64,000 nucleotides of DNA from Bacteroidota bacterium (GCA_013390605.1 JACAUB010000001.1:1148233-1212232), one strand, 5' to 3'; positions 50,119 through 59,322 are shown, counted from the first letter of the stretch. Notes: generated from the letters alone by a model not told the origin. Made by a program: numbers and translations.

Positions 50119-51159
50119 CTAGTTGCTTTTTTTTGCAGCCTGTCTGCTTTTATCTAAAGCCTGACGTAGTTTCTCTTCATCCCAGTTAAGTAATTCAGCA
50201 ACCTGATTATTTGATAGATATTTCAATTCCGTTATATCAGGTAGGGTAGGGCATAACAATACTAAACACTCTAGTTGTGCCTCAACACTTTCAGAACAGT
50301 TAGGGCCTAATACAACCCCCATGCCTTCTACAATTGCACAAAATGGTGTGGTAGATAATGCATTTGCAAGAGCATCCAAATCAGAAGGTGCGACAGCCGA
50401 GAAAGATGGTCCAATAAATACCACATTATCAGGATAGAGCGATCCGGTAATCGCTAACTCCATAAACCTGAGATCTTGTCCTAATAAATTTACCATTGGA
50501 TTCGCAGGAAGACGGCATCCATGTGGTAATAATTTTGCCAATTGATCTATCTTGGCCTGTTCTAGCTTTTTAGAAGATTGTGCTGGTGGCAACAGTCTTC
50601 TTTCAACTTCAGCAAGTAGATCACTGGCTGCTGATGCTGTCTCAGCAGCAACAAAAACACCATGATTTGCAAGCAGTAAAATATTTGTTTCCGGTTTCTC
50701 TTTCAAGATAGCTTGAATTACACGTGTTAGGGGTAATCCAGGTCTAACGTATTCAACCCAGGCCCAGTTTAATCCATCTAATCTTTCTGCAACTTGTTCT
50801 TTGCCTTTGGTTCTAACAACCCATGATAATGAATGAATAGAATGAACATGAACGACTACTGCTTGTGGTAAAATGGCGTGAAGCGATGTTTCAATAGAAG
50901 GGCGTAGACCAATATTTTCAATTATCGCTGGTGTAAAATCATTTGTACCTGCTTCAACACCTTCATGAACCTTTTTCAGATCAAGATGAACAAAAATGGC
51001 ACTTCGATTTGCATCTGCCAACCATGTACCTGATGCTTTTATCCAGAAATCGTTTTCTTGCTTAAAAGAAACGTTACCACCGGCACCCTGTACCAATGTA
51101 ATGTCGGCACCGAGATTGGTGCAAAGATCTTTGACAGCGTCAAAGGCTAGGTTTTTCAT
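50119..51159 (-). CDS. class II aldolase/adducin-domain protein
   Basis: 346 aa. VQGAGGNVSFK, PSIETSLHAILP and VVHVHSIHS resemble the aldolase N-domain of bifunctional rhamnulose-1-phosphate aldolase/dehydrogenases. Its Ala/Leu-rich composition is unlike its neighbours. Confidence 0.65.
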   Translation of the reverse strand: MKNLAFDAVKDLCTNLGADITLVQGAGGNVSFKQENDFWIKASGTWLADANRSAIFVHLDLKKVHEGVEAGTNDFTPAIIENIGLRPSIETSLHAILPQAVVVHVHSIHSLSWVVRTKGKEQVAERLDGLNWAWVEYVRPGLPLTRVIQAILKEKPETNILLLANHGVFVAAETASAASDLLAEVERRLLPPAQSSKKLEQAKIDQLAKLLPHGCRLPANPMVNLLGQDLRFMELAITGSLYPDNVVFIGPSFSAVAPSDLDALANALSTTPFCAIVEGMGVVLGPNCSESVEAQLECLVLLCPTLPDITELKYLSNNQVAELLNWDEEKLRQALDKSRQAAKKSN

Positions 51160-51505
51160 TGTGAAGATAAATTAAATAATAAATTTATATTAATTTCGAT
51201 AAGCTTTTGGTGCTGATTTTAGATTTATTTTTGTTGGTAATATGCTGTAATTAAGTATTATGATTTTTTTAACTTGTAATAACAAGTGATTGTATAAAGA
51301 TAATTAAATTTATTTAATACAATACTTTTTTTGCTCAAAATGATTTGTGATTATTAGTGAATACTTCTTAATAGTTAGTTACAAAGAAATTTATTTATCT
51401 AACCATAACCCTTTTTTTGTACTTTTATAAAGGGTATTCGTTCTACGTAACGGTGAAAGAATCTCATCAATACTTTTTTATCGTTTAATTAATTTATTTT
51501 GTTTT

Positions 51506-51751
51506 ATGGACATACAACAACCCAACAATCCGCTTCATGGTGTCACGCTTGAAATGATATTGAATGACCTTGTAGCTTATTTTGGATGGGAAAAGTTGGG
51601 CGATATGATCACGATTAAGTGTTTCAGATCAAATCCTAGTGTCAGCTCTAGTCTGAAATTCTTGCGTAAAACGCCATGGGCCAGAAGCGAAGTTGAGGAA
51701 TTGTATATTAGAAATTTTAATAAAATTCAAAAATCAAAAGGTCGTGAATAA
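51506..51751 (+). CDS. VF530/DUF2132 family small DNA-binding protein
   Basis: 81 aa. NPLHGVTLEMILNDLVAYFGWEKLG and LKFLRKTPWARSEVEELY match my memory of DUF2132. Confidence 0.75.
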   Translation: MDIQQPNNPLHGVTLEMILNDLVAYFGWEKLGDMITIKCFRSNPSVSSSLKFLRKTPWARSEVEELYIRNFNKIQKSKGRE

Positions 51752-53225
51752 AAAGGTAGTTATCATTGGTGGAGGTGTATCGGGTCTTTCAGCTGGTATT
51801 TATTGTCAACTAAATGGTTTTGATACTGAGATTTTTGAGATGAATAATCTTCCGGGGGGACAGTGTACGGCATGGGATCGGAAAGGTTATCGTTTTGATT
51901 ATTGTTTGCATTGGTTGGTTGGAACAGCATCCGGGCCTTTTCATTCTATCTGGAAAACTACGGGTGTTCTTAATGAAAATATTAAAGTAATTAATCAGGC
52001 TATCCACACCAAAATAGTTGATGAAAAGGAGGGCGAGTTTATCATATATTCTGATATCATCCGTTGGGAGAAGTATCTGATCGAGATGGCTCCTGAAGAT
52101 TCAGTTGCTATCAAAAAGATGTGCAGTGATATGCAAAAAACATCAAGACTACAGCCTTTTGCTAATCCTGCCGAATTGCGAAGTGTAAGTGATTATCTCA
52201 CATCCTTTTTGAAAATAATTCCAACGCTAAGTATATTGATTAAATATGGTAAGAAAACATGTAATGAATACTTTAAAGGTTTAAAGCTTACTAATAAACG
52301 TCTTATTTTTTTTCTTCAATCTATTTTTGGTGAAAATGATTTCTCTGCTTTAGTTTTTTTGATGATGCTGGGATGGTTTCATCAAAAGAACGCAGGTTAT
52401 CTTTTAGGCGGATCGTTACCCTTGTCTATTAGAATGGCTGAAAAGTTTAAGTCGTTGGGCGGAACATTATATTTGGTCAAGAAAGTTGACAAAATTATTG
52501 TGAATAACGGTATTGCTAAGGGTGTTCTACTCCATGACGGAGAAATAATCGATGCAGACTATGTTATCAGTGCTGCTGATGGTTATGCGACTATTTTTAA
52601 GATGCTTGAAGGTAAATATCAATCCGAGCAGATTAAAACGGCCTATTCAACATGGCCTCTGTTTACTCCTATCGTACAGGTCTCTTTTGGTATAGATAAA
52701 GAGATTAACAGTGGTGTTGCAAACCAGACTATTCTTTCTAATGGATTGCGAATAGGCAAAACCGTGCTAAAAAATGGTTATTCGTTAATGAACTATTCTT
52801 TCGATGCTACAATGGCTCCAAAGGGTAAGACTGTTCTCGTTATTCGGTTCGAAAGTCCCTGGAGCCTTTGGGAGGATCTAATTGGTGAAGATTACAAGGC
52901 TGAGAAAAGGCAAATTGAAAATGATGCTTTGGCATTGCTTGAAGAGAAATATCCTGGTGTGTCAGCGTTTGTAGAGAAAATTGATGTAGCCACACCTAAA
53001 ACAACAGTGCGCTACACCGGTGTTTGGAAAGGAGCATATGAAGGTTTTCTGCCTTCATCTACTAATATCAGCAAAACGATTAAGATGACTTTGCCGGGGT
53101 TAGATAATTTCTATATGTGTGGACAATGGTTGTTTCCGGGTGGAGGTTTGCCCCCTGCTGCCCAGTCGGGTAAATGGGCTGCTCAGCTTATTTGTAAAAA
53201 AGAGAGAAAAGAATTTGTGGAGTAA
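51693..53225 (+). CDS. phytoene-desaturase-family NAD(P)/FAD-dependent oxidoreductase
   Basis: Dinucleotide motif KVVIIGGGVSGLSAG. The ATG at 51693 overlaps the upstream gene by 59 nt. An in-frame GTG at 51744 (VNKKVVIIGGG) would reduce the overlap to 8 nt and may be the real start. Confidence 0.8.
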   Translation: MRNCILEILIKFKNQKVVNKKVVIIGGGVSGLSAGIYCQLNGFDTEIFEMNNLPGGQCTAWDRKGYRFDYCLHWLVGTASGPFHSIWKTTGVLNENIKVINQAIHTKIVDEKEGEFIIYSDIIRWEKYLIEMAPEDSVAIKKMCSDMQKTSRLQPFANPAELRSVSDYLTSFLKIIPTLSILIKYGKKTCNEYFKGLKLTNKRLIFFLQSIFGENDFSALVFLMMLGWFHQKNAGYLLGGSLPLSIRMAEKFKSLGGTLYLVKKVDKIIVNNGIAKGVLLHDGEIIDADYVISAADGYATIFKMLEGKYQSEQIKTAYSTWPLFTPIVQVSFGIDKEINSGVANQTILSNGLRIGKTVLKNGYSLMNYSFDATMAPKGKTVLVIRFESPWSLWEDLIGEDYKAEKRQIENDALALLEEKYPGVSAFVEKIDVATPKTTVRYTGVWKGAYEGFLPSSTNISKTIKMTLPGLDNFYMCGQWLFPGGGLPPAAQSGKWAAQLICKKERKEFVE

Positions 53226-53355
53226 GAGAGAAAATTCAATATTAAATCTGCCAGAATTCTTTTAAATCATTCAAAGTTAAACTAACCTTTTTAGTTTAAA
53301 GAAAAATGCTTGTCAAAAATATAATCATATTATCTAAATTATAAAACGATTCATA

Positions 53356-55452
53356 ATGAAAAAAGAATGCCTATTTGTATTGAGTCTCCTGTTTTTAAGC
53401 CTGGTAGGTAGATCACAGGAAAGACCAAAATTTAATCCGCCCGTTAGTTACGAAGTAGCAGATAAAAGAGCTGATGTGGTATTATCAAAGATGAATATTG
53501 AAGAGAAACTACAACTTATTAGTGGGGATAACTCGTTTTACATCAAAGGATTTGAAAAGTATGGGATTCCTGAACTGTATCTTTCTGATGCAACACAAGG
53601 CGTACACATCCGAAAGAATTTGAGTAATCAGATGGATAAATCAACCGCCTTCCCTTGTCCGCTGGCACTATCATCAACATGGAATCCCGCTTTGGCACAG
53701 AAATTTGCAAGCAGTATTGGTGAGGAATGTAGAGCCGGAAATGTTGCTGTATTGTTAGGTCCCGGAATGAATATCTATCGTGTTTCACAAAATGGACGCA
53801 ACTTTGAATATTTCGGAGAAGATCCATTCTTATCGGCGCGTATGATTGAAAACTATGTAGTAGGTGTGCAAAGTACTGGTACAATGGCTACTTTGAAGCA
53901 TTTCGTATGTAATAATACTGATTTCCATCGTAGGAATTCTAATTCAATTGTAGACGAACGTACCCTTCACGAAATCTATCTACCAGCATTCAAGGCAGGT
54001 GTCGATGCCGGTGTTATGGATGTAATGACATCATATAATCAGTTGAATGGTGAATGGTGTGGACAAAGTAGTTATGCTATTAATCAATTGTTGCGGAAAG
54101 ATCTTGGTTTCAAGGGGCTTGTTATGACAGATTGGTGGTCGGTTTGGGATACTAAAAAGATCATCACTTCAGGACAAGATCTTGAAATGCCTGGTAAACA
54201 ATATATAGAAAAGAATGCACTCACTCTTCTTAAAAATGGAGAAATACAAGAAGCTGATATTAACAGAATGGCAAAAGCAATCCTTCGTACCGAGATAGCT
54301 ATGGGCTTATTTGACCGTCCTGTTAAAGATGAAAAATATCTGAGCAAATATCCGATACATGAAAAAGTAGCACTACAGACTGCTCGCGAAGCCATCGTTC
54401 TATTGAAAAATACGAACAATATTCTTCCACTAAAGGGACAAGGAATCAAACATATACTACTAACCGGTGATTATATAGAAACCTTGGCTCGTGGAGGTGG
54501 TTCTGCAGAAGTTGAAGGATACGACATCGTAACTATGTTAAAAGCATTGAAGGATGAATTTGGCGATCGGTTAGTATATGAAAAGAACCCAACAGATGAA
54601 CAAATAAAGGCTGCTGATGTCGTTTTGATGAGTATTGGAACCTCTGACTGTGAAGGATACGACAGATCATTTAGTCTCCCAGCAGAGAAAGATAAGCAGA
54701 TCCTTGATTTGGCATCTAAGAACCCAAAGATTGTTGTTATTGTGAATTCAGGTAGCGGAATTCAAATGACAAACTGGAATGATAAAGTTCAGGCTATACT
54801 TTATGCATGGTATTTAGGCCAGAATGGAAATATAGCACTTGCTGAAGTCTTGTCAGGTAAAACAAATCCTTCGGGAAAACTTCCTATTACTATCGAAAAG
54901 AAGTTTGAAGATTCTCCGGGTTACGGATATATCCCCCAAGGACAAGAACTTTACAAAGGATGGGGTGGTGATGGTTTGATGAAGGGAGTAATGAACGACA
55001 TTACTTATAAAGAGGGTGTGTTTGTTGGTTACCGTTGGTATGAATCAAAGAAAATAGAACCATTGTATCATTTTGGACATGGACTCTCTTATACGAGCTT
55101 TGAATATGGAAAAATATCCTTATCAACAGCAAAACTGAAAAAAGGAGATCGTTTAATCGTTGAATTTACAGTGAAGAATAGTGGTAAAGTTGCCGGATCA
55201 GAAACTGCGCAACTTTATTTGCAAGATGTTAAATCATCTGTTCCCCGGCCTATAAAGGAATTAAAAGGTTTCTCCAAGGTAACCCTACAACCCGGTGAAT
55301 CTAAAGTAGTAAAGATTGTTTTATCAGATCTTGACTTTTCATTCTGGGATGTTAACATAAAAGGATGGAATGCAGAACCGGGAGACTTCAATATTCTGGT
55401 TGGTGCTGCATCCGATGATATCCGCAAGACTACTAAAGTTACAATTCTCTAA
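53356..55452 (+). CDS. GH3 beta-glucosidase (secreted)
   Basis: 698 aa with a signal peptide. GH3 segments are GPGMNIYR, KHFVCNN and FKGLVMTDWW (nucleophile Asp), plus a C-terminal Fn3-like domain. Confidence 0.9.
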   Translation: MKKECLFVLSLLFLSLVGRSQERPKFNPPVSYEVADKRADVVLSKMNIEEKLQLISGDNSFYIKGFEKYGIPELYLSDATQGVHIRKNLSNQMDKSTAFPCPLALSSTWNPALAQKFASSIGEECRAGNVAVLLGPGMNIYRVSQNGRNFEYFGEDPFLSARMIENYVVGVQSTGTMATLKHFVCNNTDFHRRNSNSIVDERTLHEIYLPAFKAGVDAGVMDVMTSYNQLNGEWCGQSSYAINQLLRKDLGFKGLVMTDWWSVWDTKKIITSGQDLEMPGKQYIEKNALTLLKNGEIQEADINRMAKAILRTEIAMGLFDRPVKDEKYLSKYPIHEKVALQTAREAIVLLKNTNNILPLKGQGIKHILLTGDYIETLARGGGSAEVEGYDIVTMLKALKDEFGDRLVYEKNPTDEQIKAADVVLMSIGTSDCEGYDRSFSLPAEKDKQILDLASKNPKIVVIVNSGSGIQMTNWNDKVQAILYAWYLGQNGNIALAEVLSGKTNPSGKLPITIEKKFEDSPGYGYIPQGQELYKGWGGDGLMKGVMNDITYKEGVFVGYRWYESKKIEPLYHFGHGLSYTSFEYGKISLSTAKLKKGDRLIVEFTVKNSGKVAGSETAQLYLQDVKSSVPRPIKELKGFSKVTLQPGESKVVKIVLSDLDFSFWDVNIKGWNAEPGDFNILVGAASDDIRKTTKVTIL

Positions 55453-55892
55453 TTGTCTGTAAAAGTAGGTTGTCCTCTGGTCATTTGTGCTTAATGTTGT
55501 GATGCAATATTAAAGTATAGATTATCAGGGGATATTTATTGTTTACTTCTGAATATCCTGGGATCAGACAAGAGCGTTAGAGAATATTTATCGCTCCAAA
55601 ATAAATAGATTAGATAAGGCATTGTTATTCTGTCCACTTGCGAGAAATCTTATTTTTCGTTGTGAATAATTATAAGCAAATCTCGCTCAAGAGATCAAAA
55701 GGGAAAAGATGTTTTATACGAACAACTTATTTTCGGTTGATTAATGTGACACAACTTTTCTACAAGAACCCCTATTTCTCAGTCGATATAGATTTATAAT
55801 CCGTATCGGCTGATCTTTTTACCGAATAAGAACATATATCATTTCAGCATCAGTCCTATAACTAATCCCAAAAGCAGGAGATCTATGGCTTT

Positions 55893-55985
55893 ACTGTATG
55901 GGATCTGTACCCGTTCTCTACCCCTTAGGGGTAGAGAACGGGTACAGATCCCATACAGTACGGGTAGAGAACGGGTACAGATCCC
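55893..55985. repeat. perfect 32-bp palindrome plus an extra direct half-copy
   Basis: ACTGTATGGGATCTGTACCCGTTCTCTACCCC (55893-55924), then TTA, then its exact reverse complement (55928-55959). GGGTAGAGAACGGGTACAGATCCC recurs at 55962-55985. GGGTA starts at 55929, 55940, 55962 and 55973 (11-nt grid), and TACCC starts at 55908 and 55919. Confidence 0.85.
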
Positions 55986-56727
55986 CCTGTTTTTATGAGT
56001 GTATTGGAATATTTTTATCTTCAGCGTAAAAGAGAAGAATCCTTCGGAAAGTTCAGGGGATGACCATGATAAGGCGACCACATAAAGCTCCGTCATTTTG
56101 ATCATTTGAAAAAATTGTCCTTAAAATGTTCACATTTAAATTGAAGCTCTTTTTACGTGGTCGGAATGACTACTTCAGTAGAAAAGAGGAAGTGGACTAT
56201 TCCCACAGTTTGTCGGACAGATCCAGCTTTCTAGAATATGCATAGAAGAGAATTTACACCAGGTTATGGCGAAAAATGGTTTTCGATATGCTAATTTCCA
56301 ATACCGATGACCATTAAAAAAAAACATGGATTCATCATTACATCCGGGGGGATGACGTTTATCTCCGGCTTTTGATACCAATCCTTCAATCGATGATGTT
56401 GGATTGGCATTAAATATTGATATGGATGTTTGTAGACATCAAAGACAAAAAAAATATTGACTACTACTCGAAAATTTAATTGCGGGGTAACTGAACTATA
56501 CAGACAATAACAACGAACCGCTAACAAGGGTTGCTGCAAGCGGAGCTGACATGCTACTATTGAACATTTTGCTATCTTTGAACATTAGTACTTCTATTGA
56601 GTGTTAGTGCTTTATTACCCCGTCTGACAGCAAGTCCCGAACCGTTAGGAGTCATAGTATTGCGATACTCAACGCTCAGGCATTTGGAATAAGAAACAAA
56701 GAAAAAATAATTAAAAAAATATAAATT

Positions 56728-57165
56728 ATGGCACTTATCAATCCACACATTAACTTCAACGGAAATGCCGAAGAGGCATTCAATTTTTACAAATCAGTAT
56801 TTGGCGGAGAGTTCGCAAAGATTATACGCCTCAGAGATATATCAAGCCCTGAATATCCGGTAGCAGAAGATGATGCAAATAAGATAATGCACATTGCTTT
56901 GCCAATTGGCAAAAACATTTTAATGGCCAATGACGTTCCAGAAAGTATGGGACCAGTAAATGAAAATGAAAACAGGTCTAAGATATCTATTAGTGCAGAA
57001 AGTCGTGAAGAAGCCGACAAATTATTTAGCGGACTTTCAGCAGGCGGAAATATTGAAGTACCTATTGGCGACAGTCCTTGGGGGGCATATTTTGGAATGT
57101 TTAGAGACAAATTCGGCATTGAATGGATGGTAGATTTTGACCCAAAATATAACGGAAAAGTATAA
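56728..57165 (+). CDS. VOC (glyoxalase/PhnB-like) family protein
   Basis: 145 aa. MALINPHINFNGNAEEAFNFYKSVFGGEF and the C-terminal FGIEWMV are typical of PhnB-like VOC proteins. Confidence 0.8.
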   Translation: MALINPHINFNGNAEEAFNFYKSVFGGEFAKIIRLRDISSPEYPVAEDDANKIMHIALPIGKNILMANDVPESMGPVNENENRSKISISAESREEADKLFSGLSAGGNIEVPIGDSPWGAYFGMFRDKFGIEWMVDFDPKYNGKV

Positions 57166-57270
57166 GCGAAAAACAACGAACGCATAACAGCAGTTTGGCA
57201 AAAAAGTGGGTGACATGCTTCTATGACACTTTTGTTGTTAAGCACATTTGTGCATCTAATGAACTTTAGT

Positions 57271-57550
57271 GCTAATATTCCGCAATGCTTACTTCAAAGG
57301 GGAAGGACATACTTTGATGACCGCAATAGAAGAATGCGCCAGAAACAATCCCAATAAAATTTTTGAAATTCAGAGAGCATTGGAAGATGCCGATTTAGTT
57401 GCGGTTCATTCCCGTGTGCAATAGATAAAAAACGACTTAGAGATAGCGGTAATTCATATTTTTCGATTAGACAAAGACAAAATTGTTGAACTTTGGGACT
57501 TTGGACAGGCTGTTCCGACTGACACAGTAAACGAAAATGGAATGTTTTGA
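57271..57550 (+). pseudogene. NTF2/SnoaL-like protein gene, N-terminally truncated with an in-frame TAG
   Basis: My translation reads FKGEGHTLMTAIEECARNNPNKIFEIQRALEDADLVAVHSRVQ, then TAG (57422-57424), then IKNDLEIAVIHIFRLDKDKIVELWDFGQAVPTDTVNENGMF and a stop at 57548-57550. The upstream part is cut by a TGA, and NIPQ lies in another frame. Confidence 0.6.
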
Positions 57551-57715
57551 GTGGTAAATTGATAAGAATAATGAATAAAAGTTCTGTGGACTTACCCGAA
57601 ATGCAAACTTTATTTTAGCAATTGTGTTACCCAATAACCAAACTGTTTTTAACGAGTAGAGAAAATGCGACATGTTTTCAAACCCAACTTCAGAATAAAC
57701 GTCTTTTACATTTAG

Positions 57716-57808
57716 TTAAATGATCTGCTGAAGTCTTGGGGTGAAATATTCGTTTTTTACCTTAAACAACTTGCTGAATGACTGTGAATGTTCAAAAATT
57801 CTGTCTCT
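57716..57808 (-). pseudogene. remnant of the last ~30 codons of an AraC-family gene
   Basis: Reverse translation reads RDRIFEHSQSFSKLFKVKNEYFTPRLQQII-stop, directly preceded by TAG. It begins 24 nt after the stop of the 496-aa gene. Confidence 0.55.
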
Positions 57809-57831
57809 CTAGCACTTTCATTGTATTAGAA

Positions 57832-59322
57832 TTACATTAATAAATTCTTCATTTTATTGATGTTACTTATGATTTCCTGTTTTTTATCAAGATCAATTTT
57901 TGTTTGGTCAATCATAGAGAGGATACCATCAATCTGAGCTAATGTTTTATTGTTTGATAATTTCATCTTCTCCTGCTCCAAGTTATATCTAAAGCTTACA
58001 GACTCAGTATTTATCTTTAATAATCCAGGAAGTAGTTTTAATAATTTTAGAGATTTATTAATCTCAATCAACGGGTTGGACTTAACCAACGCATGAAACA
58101 ATGTAACGATATTATCTCTTTTTTGATATCTATAATGAACACTACATTCTCTTAACTGCTTATTATTAATTCCATTATCAGAAGCTAATTCTTTTAACTC
58201 TCTCTCTATTTTAGCTAATGAATCTAATAGATTTGTATTTGTTGAATCGTTTAAAACTGAAGTGATATTTCTATGCCAAAATGATCTTAGATGATCACTT
58301 TCTGTATATCCATAGAGATGCTTAAATCCTTCATATACGACAACATTAATTCGTCTAAGATTTAATTGCTTTTCAAAATAATATTCTGAACTTAAATACG
58401 CTCTTAAAGCACACGCCAAGTCCAAATAGATAAAGAATATATGAATACCAGGAAAAGTTGATAAAATCAATGGTTGAAGTCTTTCGACAATCGTCATATC
58501 AAGTTGAAGCTTTTCTTGAATAACTTCCGGCATTTTACAATGTACAACAACGTTTTCTAATTGCTCTGCAAAATAAACTAATTTCTTGTCTAGCTCATTG
58601 AATAGATTATTGTTATTGTCAGGGAAATGATTGAATATCTTCCACACATCTATACCATAATCATTAATCGAATAAATAAGAGGTATTTGGTACTTTCGAA
58701 TATACTTATTTATAAAAAGCGTTATATCATCCAAGACCTTTAAAAAGCCACCTGCTCTTATTGTCTCATATTCTTCACTTATTTGCGACAAAAGGTTGTG
58801 AATTTTTATTGGGTTTGAATCATAATGAATGGATAAATTCCTTTTGTCTCTGTCTTTTTGCTGTGCATAGGCAATCTCAAATTCCTTTGCCCGCTGTTCA
58901 ATATCAACAATATCTTTGATTAATTCTGCATCATTTATTTGTTCTGCTAATTTTTTGACTATTTCCCATAGTGCATTAGTCTTATCTATCCCAAAACCAA
59001 ATAAATAGCTATATCCTTCAATTGATATTACATTAACGTATTTTAGATTACAGCGCTTTTCTGGATTTGAAGAAGATCTAAAGTTAGCTCTAAGAAATGT
59101 ACTTAAATCCAAATTTGTGATCAAAGAAAATTGATGTAGTTTCAGAAGTATTTTCCATAATCTAAGAATTTTGGGATATTTAGACTTTTCTTCATTTAAT
59201 GATTCTAAGCTTTCCAAAGAGTTATTACAATTGCAAAGTTGAGGAACAAACGATGAAAAGTTAACTCCCATGTTTTCATACAATTTTTGTATAGTTTCTT
59301 TTGATGCAGGCTTCTGAGTCAT
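57832..59322 (-). CDS. orphan 496-aa protein, internally duplicated, with two R-x4-H motifs (candidate tandem HEPN-like protein)
   Basis: Long intact ORF in very AT-rich DNA. Residues 71-111 and 300-340 align without gaps (17/41 identical by hand count). RNLSIHY is at 161-167 and RECSVHY at 391-397. The CDS call is firm; the functional label is a hypothesis. Confidence 0.8.
   Translation of the reverse strand: MTQKPASKETIQKLYENMGVNFSSFVPQLCNCNNSLESLESLNEEKSKYPKILRLWKILLKLHQFSLITNLDLSTFLRANFRSSSNPEKRCNLKYVNVISIEGYSYLFGFGIDKTNALWEIVKKLAEQINDAELIKDIVDIEQRAKEFEIAYAQQKDRDKRNLSIHYDSNPIKIHNLLSQISEEYETIRAGGFLKVLDDITLFINKYIRKYQIPLIYSINDYGIDVWKIFNHFPDNNNNLFNELDKKLVYFAEQLENVVVHCKMPEVIQEKLQLDMTIVERLQPLILSTFPGIHIFFIYLDLACALRAYLSSEYYFEKQLNLRRINVVVYEGFKHLYGYTESDHLRSFWHRNITSVLNDSTNTNLLDSLAKIERELKELASDNGINNKQLRECSVHYRYQKRDNIVTLFHALVKSNPLIEINKSLKLLKLLPGLLKINTESVSFRYNLEQEKMKLSNNKTLAQIDGILSMIDQTKIDLDKKQEIISNINKMKNLLM

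Noticed and set aside
55893-55985. Possible mini CRISPR array
   Set aside because: Only two direct copies of a 24-nt unit are present, separated by 9 nt, plus one inverted copy forming a palindrome. There are no 25-40-nt unique spacers and no cas genes in the window.
55839-56105. 88-aa ORF spanning the palindrome
   Set aside because: Its sequence (repeated GICTRSLP) is a direct by-product of the DNA repeat. No start context or family resemblance.
56175-56539. Two overlapping minus-strand ORFs as one frameshifted gene
   Set aside because: Joining them across the A9 run gives a continuous reading, but I recognise no family in it. It is kept only as part of the gene-free-region finding.
57832-59322. 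Calling the 496-aa protein a Cas13-type effector
   Set aside because: It is about half the size of the smallest known Cas13 proteins, and there is no repeat-spacer array anywhere nearby. Only the two-motif architecture is analogous, so it is reported as a HEPN-like hypothesis and not as Cas13.
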